This document shows, one piece after another, positions 1 through 9,404 of a stretch of 64,000 nucleotides of DNA. Numbering within the stretch: the stretch's first letter is position 1; every line of letters starts with the position of its first letter. The stretch spans positions 2,805,684 through 2,869,683 of the forward strand of contig JADJWA010000001.1 of the NCBI GenBank assembly GCA_016716605.1, read 5' to 3'. The stretch comes from Flavobacteriales bacterium (GTDB lineage Bacteria > Bacteroidota > Bacteroidia > Flavobacteriales_F > PHOS-HE28). Position numbers and translations under genes: made by a program. The notes beneath the pieces are model-generated. The model searched no databases. It had not been told where the DNA came from and was given only the letters and a program-made list of their open reading frames with translations.

Positions 1-168
1 GGAGGTTGGAAGCGTAGCGTGCTAAAGGAATTGGAGGCTGCCGATGTATACCTCCACCCGACCTATGCTCGGGCCGTGTAAGCACTTAGTTGAATTTGGG
101 AGCTTCCACAGCGCCCGTCACAACGTAACGTCCCAAGGCTTAGAGTGTGCAACTCCTAGAGGATTCCT

Positions 169-993
169 TTGGTGTTGGAACTGCAATCTTTTTCTGATAG
201 ACTTGACAGCACAGGATCGACGGATTTTATGGCAACCACCCCAAAAAAGCGAGTATCAGGTCATGGACGGCGTTTTCTACGGGATGCGTTTATCCATGAT
301 CAAAGTGTGCTACGCGCTGAGCTAGAACGCGCACGATTCAGCATCACGCACCCCACGCGCAAGGGGGAAGTTTCCGAGAAGCATGTTATTGATACCCTGC
401 GACGCTACCTACCCCAGAGGTATTGCGTTGAATCCGCTATCATTATCGACAGTGCGGGGAGAACCAGTGATGCAATCGATGTGGTGATTTTCGATCGCCA
501 TTTTACGCCGACGTTGCTTGACCAAAAGAGTTTTGCCTATGTGCCTGCGGAAGCGGTCTATGCGGTCTTCGAGGTCAAGCAGGACCTCAATGGCCCAATG
601 CTCGCATACGCATCTGAAAAGGCCGCTTCCGTCCGAAGAATGAAGCGAACTTCAGTTGGGTACATGAATGGAGATGTCCCGATGAAGCCCAAACCCCAGA
701 TCGACATCATCGCTGGTATTGTTGCCCTAGAGGCGACACTTACCCTGCAAACGGCGAAGGGGTTGGCAAAGGCATTGCTCCCCCTCGCGGGTGACGGCAT
801 CTTGAATTGCGGTCTGGCGGTGAAAGGTTGCTCCTTCGACACCTTTACTGCTGGGACCATCACGATAAGTAACCAAGAGACGGCCTTGATGCATTTCCTT
901 TTCAGACTGCTAGGACGCCTTCAGATCGTAGGCAGTGTTCCAGCGGTCAATTGGGCTGAGTATGCCAAGGTGCTCACTGTGCGCAAATCATAA
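169..993 (+). CDS. nucC: CBASS effector, NucC-like PD-(D/E)xK endonuclease (alternative start ATG 229)
   Basis: 274-aa ORF with motifs LPQRY, IDVVIFDR...VPAEAVYAVFEVKQ...ASVRRMKRTS that fit a restriction-endonuclease-like D...(D/E)xK core and the NucC-family pattern. It lies 11 nt upstream of the CD-NTase on the same strand. Confidence 0.55.
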   Translation: MVLELQSFSDRLDSTGSTDFMATTPKKRVSGHGRRFLRDAFIHDQSVLRAELERARFSITHPTRKGEVSEKHVIDTLRRYLPQRYCVESAIIIDSAGRTSDAIDVVIFDRHFTPTLLDQKSFAYVPAEAVYAVFEVKQDLNGPMLAYASEKAASVRRMKRTSVGYMNGDVPMKPKPQIDIIAGIVALEATLTLQTAKGLAKALLPLAGDGILNCGLAVKGCSFDTFTAGTITISNQETALMHFLFRLLGRLQIVGSVPAVNWAEYAKVLTVRKS

Positions 994-1004
994 CACTGCC
1001 TCCC

Positions 1005-2039
1005 ATGTTCGACTACGATAAGCAGATTAGGGCATACCAGAATGAGAAAGTCCGCATCTCGGACAACGCCCGTAGGGACTTGCTTGACAAGCGAAAGGCA
1101 AACCGAGATCGCTTGATCGCGAACCTTGGGGGCACGTATACCCTCGGGGAGAACCATTTCATTCCGCAAGGGTCGGTTACTATCTGGACCGCTATTCAAG
1201 CCGCTGATATGAACTACGACATTGATGATGGCGTCTGGTTCCATGCGTCTGAACTTATCGTCAAGGAGGGGAGCGGCGAACGAGAGCTTGTGCCGATCGA
1301 GCTACAACGAATTGTTTGCCATGCCTTGCAGGATGCCCGATTCAAGAAGCAGCCAGAGGTTCATCACAATTGCGTTCGTGTGTTCTACAATGAAGGGCAC
1401 CATGTTGACGTCCCTTGCTTCCGCTGGACGAACGATGGAACGACCTCTGGGAAGCTTGAACTGGCGGCGACAGGAAATAAATGGAGATTGTCCGATCCTA
1501 CTCAAATCAACAACTGGTTCAACGGTAGGGTTGAAGCACTGAACCTGCTGCGCTCGGACGCTGGTAAACAACTTCGACGTCTTGTTCGCTTGTTGAAGCG
1601 CTTTGCGACAAGTCGCGGGGATGCGTGGGACATGCCCAGTGGTTTGAAGCTGATGATGCTGGCCGAAGAGTGTCTCAACCATTCCTTCGAGCGAGATGAT
1701 GAAGCGTTCCACATCTTGCTCAAGAACCTGCGCGTTCGACTTTCGACTTCGTTGGTGGTGCTCAATCGAGCACAACAGATGCCGCAGGATCCTTTGACCA
1801 AAGGACTTGACGATGGCAACATGCAGCAGCTCAGACTCCATGTTGGTGAGGCGCTTGATCACTTGGCCATCACTGACAATCCCCAGTGCAACAAGAAATC
1901 TGCGAGAGAGGCTTGGGATTGGGTGTTCCAGTCTGATGCGTTCTTCGACGATTTTGACAGCGGTGACGATTCAGGTTCCATCGCTTCCTCTGCACCGAAT
2001 AAGCCCTTTGAGAAAGCTACGGCTACGAGGTGGGCGTAG
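1005..2039 (+). CDS. cGAS/DncV-like nucleotidyltransferase (CD-NTase) of CBASS
   Basis: N-terminal long helix, then QGSVTIWTAIQAADMNYDIDDGV (GS...[DE]h[DE]h nucleotidyltransferase motif) and a downstream HHVDVP third acidic residue. The C-terminus ends in Ala. The gene overlaps the Cap2 start. Confidence 0.7.
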   Translation: MFDYDKQIRAYQNEKVRISDNARRDLLDKRKANRDRLIANLGGTYTLGENHFIPQGSVTIWTAIQAADMNYDIDDGVWFHASELIVKEGSGERELVPIELQRIVCHALQDARFKKQPEVHHNCVRVFYNEGHHVDVPCFRWTNDGTTSGKLELAATGNKWRLSDPTQINNWFNGRVEALNLLRSDAGKQLRRLVRLLKRFATSRGDAWDMPSGLKLMMLAEECLNHSFERDDEAFHILLKNLRVRLSTSLVVLNRAQQMPQDPLTKGLDDGNMQQLRLHVGEALDHLAITDNPQCNKKSAREAWDWVFQSDAFFDDFDSGDDSGSIASSAPNKPFEKATATRWA

Positions 2040-3751
2040 TGACTAGTCCTTCACGGGCCAAACATGAACATGCATCGGCAAGGGTTGCTGATTGGATATC
2101 CGATGCCCATATTGATGCACGCGCACTAAGACTTCCTTCGTACTCCCGTGCGTGGGAACTTGAGCTTGAGGTAGGTGCTACTCGTGTTGCGGTTTATCTG
2201 TGCCTGCCAGAAGACTTTCCCGTTCAAGATCCTGTCGTTCTCGTTAAGAATGCTGAGGAGTTCTGGGGGAAGGTGCCTCACGTCGAGCATAGCGGCAAGC
2301 TCTGTCTCAGTTCGACCAACACCGTTCACGGTGTAGAGCATGCCGTTCCATTGGTAGAAAGTGCTCTTTCCGATGCCCGTGGTCTTCTTGCCAACGCCTC
2401 TCCGCGCGACTTTGCTGAGGAGTTCAACAGCTACTGGCCTTCTTCCGATCCTAAGCCTCCCGATGCGGTGATGCTTTGCCGCAATGGGCTGCCAGAAGAC
2501 CCGTGGTGCCGTAAGAACAATCGAGAGATCGTTCTGGGAGATGACAAGGACAGTGTGGATAGTTGGTGCAACAACACGGGGCGCACTTTTGACGAGGCTA
2601 CACAGACCTATCGGATCGACATCGACAAAGAGATGTTGCCCGTGGATTTCCCCCGCGACCTCAAGGGCTTGCACGCTTTGCTCCTTGACAAGGACCCAGC
2701 GTTATCCACGAAGCTGAGGCGAAACGTTAGGAGAAGCAAGGAATACCTCGTCCTTCCTCTTCGGGTTGTTGTTGCAGGAGAGATGAAGGACGCGGTGATA
2801 GGTGTACAGGGCGCGGCTGATTCTCTTCCGAGGAAGGGTGGGTTCAGAACAACGCAAACAGTTCCTTGGACCCTGATTGAACAACGCTCGCCGCAAATCC
2901 AACGGATTTTGCTGCGTCCTGTAACCCCACAAGCAGTGATCACTAGATCGGGCGATGGCTTTGACTTGTCCGATAAGAAGGTCGTGCTTGTTGGCTGCGG
3001 CTCGCTTGGAGGATACTTGGCTCAGATGCTGGCTAGAGCAAGCGTGGGACAACTGACGCTTGTTGATGACGATGCACTTGGCTGGCAGAATACTGGACGA
3101 CATGTTCTTGGCGCCGCCCATATCGGCAAAAACAAAGCGGTGGCTCTGAAGGCAACACTTGGTGTAGAGAACCCGCAAGTGAAGCTGGTGGCAATACCCA
3201 AAAAAGTGGAGTTAGTTCTGAGGGATCGACCTGAGGTACTGAAAGACGCGGACATTGTTATTTCGGCGACGGGTGATTGGCCAGTGGAGTATGCCTTGAA
3301 CTACTGGCGTACATACACCAGTGGTGCACCTCCATTGCTGTTTACTTGGCTCGAACCCCATGCTGTTGCTGGCCACTCGTTCCATGTCGCTCCCGCACAG
3401 GGGGGGTGCCTGAATTGCTATTTCTCCGCAAGCGGACATTTTTCCCAAGCGGTTGTCGATCCGAGCGGCGTTGAGCCCCACAAGGAGGCTAGTTGCGCTG
3501 GCTTCTATCAGCCCTACGGTGCAACTGACATGCTTCCTACGGTCGCACTGGCAGCGGCACATGCTGTGGACGTGTTGCTTGGTAGAGAACGGACTTCGAC
3601 GCTTCGCACCTGGACAGGTGCTCAATCGCGTTTTGAACTGCATGCCTTGTCACCAACTGAGGAGTGGGTGGAACGCTTGGCCGTTGCATCTTTCGGCTGT
3701 GTTCATGAACGCACGATGCCTCCGATTGAAACGTGCGGGCTATGTTTCTAG
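2030..3751 (+). CDS. cap2: Cap2 (E2-like N-terminus plus E1/ThiF-like adenylation domain) CBASS regulator
   Basis: 573 aa. The N-terminal part has HVEHSGKLCLSS (E2-like Cys). The central part has VVLVGCGSLGGYLAQMLARASVGQLTLVDDD (ThiF/MoeB Rossmann GxGxxG) plus Cys-rich segment CLNCY...EASCAGFYQPYG. The gene overlaps the CD-NTase end and the Cap3 start. Confidence 0.8.
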   Translation: MGVVTSPSRAKHEHASARVADWISDAHIDARALRLPSYSRAWELELEVGATRVAVYLCLPEDFPVQDPVVLVKNAEEFWGKVPHVEHSGKLCLSSTNTVHGVEHAVPLVESALSDARGLLANASPRDFAEEFNSYWPSSDPKPPDAVMLCRNGLPEDPWCRKNNREIVLGDDKDSVDSWCNNTGRTFDEATQTYRIDIDKEMLPVDFPRDLKGLHALLLDKDPALSTKLRRNVRRSKEYLVLPLRVVVAGEMKDAVIGVQGAADSLPRKGGFRTTQTVPWTLIEQRSPQIQRILLRPVTPQAVITRSGDGFDLSDKKVVLVGCGSLGGYLAQMLARASVGQLTLVDDDALGWQNTGRHVLGAAHIGKNKAVALKATLGVENPQVKLVAIPKKVELVLRDRPEVLKDADIVISATGDWPVEYALNYWRTYTSGAPPLLFTWLEPHAVAGHSFHVAPAQGGCLNCYFSASGHFSQAVVDPSGVEPHKEASCAGFYQPYGATDMLPTVALAAAHAVDVLLGRERTSTLRTWTGAQSRFELHALSPTEEWVERLAVASFGCVHERTMPPIETCGLCF

Positions 3752-4254
3752 GTAAGAAAGCCCTCAAGAACGCGCCATTGCAGGACTTCGCTCTGCCGAA
3801 CCGTACGGTCCTCCGTTTCACGCCAGAAGTTGTAGGAGTGCTCTCGAAATTTGGCCAAGCAAAGGCGAACTCGAAGGAGGCAGGCGGAATGTTGTTCGCA
3901 AGGTTCGCAGATGGTCTTATTAGCGTTGATTATGTGACTACACCTTCACCCTTCGACTTTAGATCCCGCTTTGCCTTCCGTCCATCCCTTGCTCACCAAC
4001 GGGACGTGATCATGAAACAGTTCAGCAAAGGACTCCACTTTATTGGTGAGTGGCATACTCATCCACAGGAACAACCTCATCCATCGCAACAGGACATACT
4101 TACCGCAAGAGCATGCTTGGTCGAATCCGAGCACGAATTGAACGCCTTTGTTGTTGTAGTCCTCGGCTCCAATGCCGCGATCGCAAATGCTTGGGTCGGA
4201 ATTGTGCGTGAAGAGGATGTTCAACGCCTTCAGGCAATTGCCCGAACGAAGTGA
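3733..4254 (+). CDS. cap3: Cap3 JAB/JAMM-family isopeptidase
   Basis: 173 aa with EWHTHPQEQPHPSQQD, matching the JAMM motif HxHx7Sx2D, and an upstream Glu (EAGGMLFARF). It overlaps the Cap2 stop by 19 nt. Confidence 0.8.
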   Translation: MRAMFLGKKALKNAPLQDFALPNRTVLRFTPEVVGVLSKFGQAKANSKEAGGMLFARFADGLISVDYVTTPSPFDFRSRFAFRPSLAHQRDVIMKQFSKGLHFIGEWHTHPQEQPHPSQQDILTARACLVESEHELNAFVVVVLGSNAAIANAWVGIVREEDVQRLQAIARTK

Positions 4255-4275
4255 ACGTGTCGGATCGCCAATCAG

Positions 4276-5310
4276 TTATAGCATGTGCGCTATAGGGGCT
4301 CGGACAAGCAACTCATGACAAGCCAAAAGCTGACTGGTCATAAAGCTCTCATCGAATGTGCCATCCTCTCCTTGTGCCATGAATGGTTCATCCAGAACAG
4401 CGTAGCGCGAAGACTTTCCACCGATTCGAGCCCACTTCGGATAAAGTATGCGCTTACCCATGGAACTGGCGGCTGCCTGAAGTGAGTTGAAGGTTCCTTT
4501 CATGAAGGCGGGGCCCACAAAGTCATTCTTAGGGGCTGCAATACGAAACGTCAATGCTGGCGGCCTTGAGCGGTAGGCATCGACTTGTAAGTATGTGCAC
4601 CAATCCTCTGGTTCCCCCACCCAGCCGATCCAGAAGCCAATGAAATTGCCCAAGTGGACGTATCCGTAGCCAGCGCTCAGGGTCGCGAGAACAGGTTGTC
4701 GCGCCATGTGATCAAAGCAACCGTACCACTGGTCATCCTTCCACTCGCGCACAGGGAGCGAGCGGAATCGCTCATGCGCCAGATGTGCCTCAGTGCGCAT
4801 CTCGCACCAGGAGTGGAATACTTCGCTTTGAACGCCTGATTTGTCAAGCGATGAAATAAAGTCCACGATGTCGGTCAGATACAACCGCAAGTGCCCATCG
4901 CTCTTTCTAGGCTCTAACGAGGACTTAAAATAAACAGGCAGGACGCGCGATGGGTCCTCGATGTATTCCTTCTCCTTCAATGAACGGAGGTAGCCGTTGA
5001 TCTGCTCCGAATGATCGCTGGTGTAGGTCTTGTCTTCAATGAGCAGATGATGCACTTCACCATCTGGTGTGGTGAGCTTCACCAACACGTCAATGTGCAG
5101 GTACTGAAGCCTGACCTCGGCCTTGTTGTAATTGGGTAATGACCATCCTTTCTTCGCATACAACCACGCGATGAAAGCCCTCCCAACCGCATGCATTCCA
5201 CTTGGGTGGTAGGTATGGGCTTCGTCAGCCCATTCGCAAAGCCACGCCAAGAACGCATCTTGGCTCAGTTCGCTTGTTGCATGACGGAAGATGTTCGGCT
5301 CGCTCTTCAT
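4276..5310 (-). CDS. PD-(D/E)xK nuclease family protein, Rpn/YhgA-like
   Basis: 344 aa. The N-terminus has HATSELSQDAFLAWL, then IDVLVKL...HHLLIEDKT (D...ExK core). It is convergent on Cap3 with a 22-nt gap. Confidence 0.5.
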   Translation of the reverse strand: MKSEPNIFRHATSELSQDAFLAWLCEWADEAHTYHPSGMHAVGRAFIAWLYAKKGWSLPNYNKAEVRLQYLHIDVLVKLTTPDGEVHHLLIEDKTYTSDHSEQINGYLRSLKEKEYIEDPSRVLPVYFKSSLEPRKSDGHLRLYLTDIVDFISSLDKSGVQSEVFHSWCEMRTEAHLAHERFRSLPVREWKDDQWYGCFDHMARQPVLATLSAGYGYVHLGNFIGFWIGWVGEPEDWCTYLQVDAYRSRPPALTFRIAAPKNDFVGPAFMKGTFNSLQAAASSMGKRILYPKWARIGGKSSRYAVLDEPFMAQGEDGTFDESFMTSQLLACHELLVRAPIAHML

Positions 5311-5338
5311 CGTGTATCCTCAACGGTTTCATGCTCCG

Positions 5339-6826
5339 TCAGCGCCAACCCAGCGTGCCTCCGCACAACCACCACGTTCTACCGAAGTCCATGTCACGTA
5401 GAACTTGCGCGGCTTGTGCTGATCGACCGCCGCCCTTGGCGCATACAGTAACGATGCGTTCGCGTCGTGACCAGTCATGAGCGTGTTGCAAAAGGCGCTC
5501 AATGGGGATGTTCATTGCTTGGGGTAGGTGGCCATTGGCATACTCCTCGGGCGAACGAACGTCCACGATACGTACGTCAGGTCTACCAAGCCAGCGTTTC
5601 AGGTCGAGCGGTTCCAAGCAACGCCGCTCCGCAGGCATCCGCAACCAGACGATTACGCCAGAGAGCACCGTGACACCACCGATGGACAGTATCGAGGCCG
5701 ACAACCCGAAGCGATCGGCGATGAGGCCCGTAAGGAGCGCACCGATCGCATAGCCCAGATCACGCCAGAGACGGAAGATGCCGAGGCTTTCGGCGCGTTG
5801 TGTCGGATGTGTATGCGCGGCAATGGTGGCGAGGAAGGTGGGGTACACCAATGCGGTGCCAAGCCCCAGCGCAGCGCTCAGCATGATGTACGCGCTCTGC
5901 GTTCCGATGTATGGCAGCAGGAGAATGGCTGTTCCTTGCAGCACCATACCCACCACGAGCATGAACTTGCGATCGACGTGATCGGCGAGCTTGCCAGTGG
6001 CCAACTGGCCCAGACCCCAAACGGCAGGATAGACCGCAGCTATCGCACCGATGCCTTGGGCATCATACCCTTTGTTGTCAAGCAACACAGGCAGCAGCCC
6101 CCAAAGCATGCCGTCGTTCAGGTTGTTCACCAAGCCCGCTTGTGTCACAGTGCCCAGCACACGATGTCGCAAGCTCGTGTCCATGAAGGGCCGTTCCAAT
6201 AATGGCACAACGCTCTTGGCCGATTCGACGCTCACATGCTGCGTTGTGTCCTTCACCCACATCACCGAAAGGAGCAGCCCGATCACCGCTACGCCAATTC
6301 CAACCTCAAAGGGCAATGGCCGTGGTCCATAGTTCGCGGCCAGCAGCCCTGTGAGGAAGGCCATGGCTGCCACGGCGAGGTAGCCCGCGAATTCGTTCAA
6401 GCCCATGGCCAAGCCACGGTCCTTCTCGCCCACGAGGTCCATCTTCATGACCACGGTACTGCTCCACGCGAACCCTTGGTGGATACCTAGCAGGATGTTC
6501 GCCGCAACGACCCAATGCCATGTTTGCGCATAGATGAGCATGAGGGGCACAGGCAACGCGAGCAGCCATCCCGTTACGAGTAAGCGCTTACGTCCGAAAC
6601 GGCGGGCCAGTCGTCCCGTGAAGTAGTTCGCGGCTGCCTTGGAAACGCCGAAGGCCATGATGAACGAAAGTGCCGCTGCATATGACGCAATGCCGAACTC
6701 CTGTTCTGCGAGAATGGGAAGCACGGTGCGTTCCAACCCGACCATGGCACCGACGAACGCGTTCACGACGACAAGCAGGCTGAACTGTCGCCAGTTCGCA
6801 CGGAGGCCCAGCACAGGAGGGTTCAT
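5339..6826 (-). CDS. MFS transporter with C-terminal rhodanese domain
   Basis: About 12 predicted TM helices typical of MFS. The C-terminal ~100 aa are rhodanese-like (VDVRSPEEYANGHLPQAMNIP...CAKGGGRSAQAA active-site Cys loop). Confidence 0.7.
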   Translation of the reverse strand: MNPPVLGLRANWRQFSLLVVVNAFVGAMVGLERTVLPILAEQEFGIASYAAALSFIMAFGVSKAAANYFTGRLARRFGRKRLLVTGWLLALPVPLMLIYAQTWHWVVAANILLGIHQGFAWSSTVVMKMDLVGEKDRGLAMGLNEFAGYLAVAAMAFLTGLLAANYGPRPLPFEVGIGVAVIGLLLSVMWVKDTTQHVSVESAKSVVPLLERPFMDTSLRHRVLGTVTQAGLVNNLNDGMLWGLLPVLLDNKGYDAQGIGAIAAVYPAVWGLGQLATGKLADHVDRKFMLVVGMVLQGTAILLLPYIGTQSAYIMLSAALGLGTALVYPTFLATIAAHTHPTQRAESLGIFRLWRDLGYAIGALLTGLIADRFGLSASILSIGGVTVLSGVIVWLRMPAERRCLEPLDLKRWLGRPDVRIVDVRSPEEYANGHLPQAMNIPIERLLQHAHDWSRRERIVTVCAKGGGRSAQAAQVLRDMDFGRTWWLCGGTLGWR

Positions 6827-6832
6827 CGTTGT

Positions 6833-7453
6833 TCAGTGTTTTGTCGGCCCGAGCAATAGCACGCGCTCCTGCTTCACGGGTGGGGACCAGTGCAGGTCGA
6901 AGCGCTCGGCGTACTTCTCCAAGGGTTCCAACCGCACGGCGGCGCGGCGTTCGTTCACATGCTCCTCATCCTCGATGGGCTGGATGTAGGGTTTGTTGTC
7001 CTTCCACCCGATCTGTGAGCCGTAGATCTGGAGTTGGCCGTGATTCACCCTGACACGGTCTTCCAACAGCGCCAGTTCCCATGAGTTTGCTTTGCCTTCC
7101 CGCACTGCATCGCGCATGAGCGGAAGGTACTGCGCTTGTATCTCAGGCTTCGCGTCCGCATGCTGGATCACCAAGAACAGTGCTTGGTTGGCCTTCTGGC
7201 CGATCACATCCGCGCCCAGCCAGCCCGCGCTGTCGATGATAGCGGTAACGCGAATGAGGTTCAATGAATCGTGAAGGATCATGTGAGCGACCACGCTGTC
7301 CTTTTGCGCTCCGAGGAAGCCGCCTACGTTATGGCGGTCGTTCTGGTCGAGGTCATGGATGCGTTCCAATTGGATGCGTAGCCCCTCCGCACCACTTTGG
7401 GCGTTGGCCGATGCGCTGGCGATGAGGGTGGTGATGAGGAGTAGGGGGCGCAT
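6833..7453 (-). CDS. secreted hypothetical protein
   Basis: Signal peptide MRPLLLITTLIASASANAQ. No recognisable catalytic motifs. The start is chosen at the internal Met of ORF 6833..7480. Confidence 0.45.
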   Translation of the reverse strand: MRPLLLITTLIASASANAQSGAEGLRIQLERIHDLDQNDRHNVGGFLGAQKDSVVAHMILHDSLNLIRVTAIIDSAGWLGADVIGQKANQALFLVIQHADAKPEIQAQYLPLMRDAVREGKANSWELALLEDRVRVNHGQLQIYGSQIGWKDNKPYIQPIEDEEHVNERRAAVRLEPLEKYAERFDLHWSPPVKQERVLLLGPTKH

Positions 7454-7502
7454 ATTGTTCAAAGGAACGAACGGCAGCATTGATTGTGATGTTCGCTATT
7501 TG

Positions 7503-9392
7503 TCAGTTCCTTAAGCGAGTTGTCCACCGCATCAACTGCAAACTGGTCATGATGACGAGCAGCGTAACTCCTACGTCCGCAGCAATGGCCAAAACAAGAT
7601 TACTCTTGCCGAAGAAGGCCAGTGCGAGGAAGATGGCCTTTACGATAATCGCCATCCCCGTATTGAAACGGATGCGCTTCAAGGTAGCGCGGGAGAGTTG
7701 GATGAGGTAGGGGATGAGTCGAAGGTCATCGTTCATGAGCGCCACGCCAGCCGTTTCAATGGCGGTGTCGCTGCCCAATGCACCCATGGCAATGCCGACG
7801 GTCGCGGTGGCCAATGCAGGCGCGTCGTTCACCCCGTCGCCTACGTGTGCAGCTGGTCCAGTCGTTCGTTGCAGGTCTGCAATGCGTGTAGCCTTGTCCT
7901 CGGGTAGCAGTCCACCGAAAACCTTGGTGATGCCCACCTGTGCTGCGACGTGCTCGGCGGCTTGTTGGTTGTCGCCAGTGAGCATGACAGGCTCCACGCC
8001 AATCGCTTTCATGGACGCGATCGCCGCTGCGCTGTCTGGTTTGATCTTGTCGGCGATGCCAATCACACCCGCTACCTGATCTGTGAAACTGACCACAACG
8101 GCGGTCTTGCCTTGCGCTTGCAATTCCTCCACAGCTTTCACCGCTTCGGGTTGCGCCTTGCGGTTCTCGGTGATGAATTCCAGCTTGCCGATGAGGATAT
8201 CGTCGTGATCGCACACCATGCACTCGGCTTGCAGGCCCTTGCCCATGGTGCTTTGAAAATCTCTCACTCTGTGAGGCTCGAATCCTTCCGCTTTGGCTCG
8301 GTCCACGATAGCCTGTGCCAGTGGATGCTCGCTGAAGGCTTCCGCGCCCGCAGCACATGCGAGAAGCTCCTCCATGGTGGTGTCCCCGAAAGTGATCACA
8401 TCCTCGGCGATCGGTTGGCCGAAGGTGATTGTGCGCGTCTTGTCGAGGCCCACCACCTTCAATGCAGCCAGCGATTCAAGGTATTTGCCGCCCTTGATCA
8501 CCACACCTCGGCCACCAGCATTGCCAATGGCACTGTAGATCGCCACGGGCGTGCTGATCACCAATGCGCATGGGCAGGCGATCACCAGCACGGTGATGGC
8601 CTGTTTCAACCATACATCGAAAGGCAGCCCCATGACGAGCACGGGCACCACTACCAAGCCTAGTGCAATGATTAATACGCATGGTGTGTAGATACGCGCG
8701 AAACGCTCGATGAACTGTTGGGTGACGCTGCGGTTCGTCTGGGCTTGGAAAGTGAGTTGAACGATACGTGAAAGCGTAGTATCGCTGTTCGTGCGCGTGG
8801 TGCGGATCTCCAATACCCCCTGCTTGTTCAAAGTGCCACCGAACACCTTGTCATCGGCACGTTTGTCCTTCGGCAATGGCTCGCCTGTTATGGTCGATTC
8901 GTCCACGCTGCTGTGACCATCCACCACGACGCCATCCAACGGGATCATCTCGCCCGACTTCACCAAGAGCACGCTGCCCAGAGGTACTTGATCAATGGGA
9001 ACGGGCTGGGATGTTCCTTTCACAAGCACCGTCTTTGGCATGCTGCTCACGAGCTTGTCCAGCGCACTTTTGCTCTGCTCGATGCCGATGTCTTCGAGCT
9101 TTTCGCCGAGCACGTAGAGCGTGATCACCACGGCCGCTTCGGGATACTCGCCGAGGTAGAAGGCCCCGATCACAGCGATCACCATGAGCAGGTTGATGCT
9201 GCTGAACCGCAGCGCGATCATTGCTTTCAGTCCTTTCCAGAGCACCTGCCAGCCTACGGCCAATACGAATGCGCCGAACAGGATGGGTGCCCATGGCATC
9301 GGCAGGTCGATGCCCATGAGTGATAGCACTTCGAGGGTGATCACCACCGCGACGGCCGCTAGTAGCAACAGGAACTTCTTGTCCTTCATCAT
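7503..9392 (-). CDS. heavy-metal translocating P1B-type ATPase (Zn/Cd/Pb type)
   Basis: TM CPC motif (ACPCALVISTP), phosphorylation-site region GLDKTRTITFG (DKTGT with Gly to Arg), hinge GDGVNDAPAL. It has no N-terminal HMA domain. Confidence 0.8.
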   Translation of the reverse strand: MMKDKKFLLLLAAVAVVITLEVLSLMGIDLPMPWAPILFGAFVLAVGWQVLWKGLKAMIALRFSSINLLMVIAVIGAFYLGEYPEAAVVITLYVLGEKLEDIGIEQSKSALDKLVSSMPKTVLVKGTSQPVPIDQVPLGSVLLVKSGEMIPLDGVVVDGHSSVDESTITGEPLPKDKRADDKVFGGTLNKQGVLEIRTTRTNSDTTLSRIVQLTFQAQTNRSVTQQFIERFARIYTPCVLIIALGLVVVPVLVMGLPFDVWLKQAITVLVIACPCALVISTPVAIYSAIGNAGGRGVVIKGGKYLESLAALKVVGLDKTRTITFGQPIAEDVITFGDTTMEELLACAAGAEAFSEHPLAQAIVDRAKAEGFEPHRVRDFQSTMGKGLQAECMVCDHDDILIGKLEFITENRKAQPEAVKAVEELQAQGKTAVVVSFTDQVAGVIGIADKIKPDSAAAIASMKAIGVEPVMLTGDNQQAAEHVAAQVGITKVFGGLLPEDKATRIADLQRTTGPAAHVGDGVNDAPALATATVGIAMGALGSDTAIETAGVALMNDDLRLIPYLIQLSRATLKRIRFNTGMAIIVKAIFLALAFFGKSNLVLAIAADVGVTLLVIMTSLQLMRWTTRLRN

Positions 9393-9404
9393 ATCAGGTG
9401 CGGT

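Noticed and set aside
4279-4296. Short hairpin tatagc-atgtgc-gctata between cap3 and the convergent nuclease, as a bidirectional terminator
   Set aside because: It has only a 6-bp AT-rich stem, lies within the 3' codons of the minus-strand gene, and has no flanking T or A tracts. The evidence is too weak.
5528-6202. 224-aa + strand ORF inside the MFS transporter gene
   Set aside because: It is fully antisense to a well-supported MFS coding region. Its composition is Arg/Gln/His-rich and it has no motifs. It is a typical high-GC antisense ORF.
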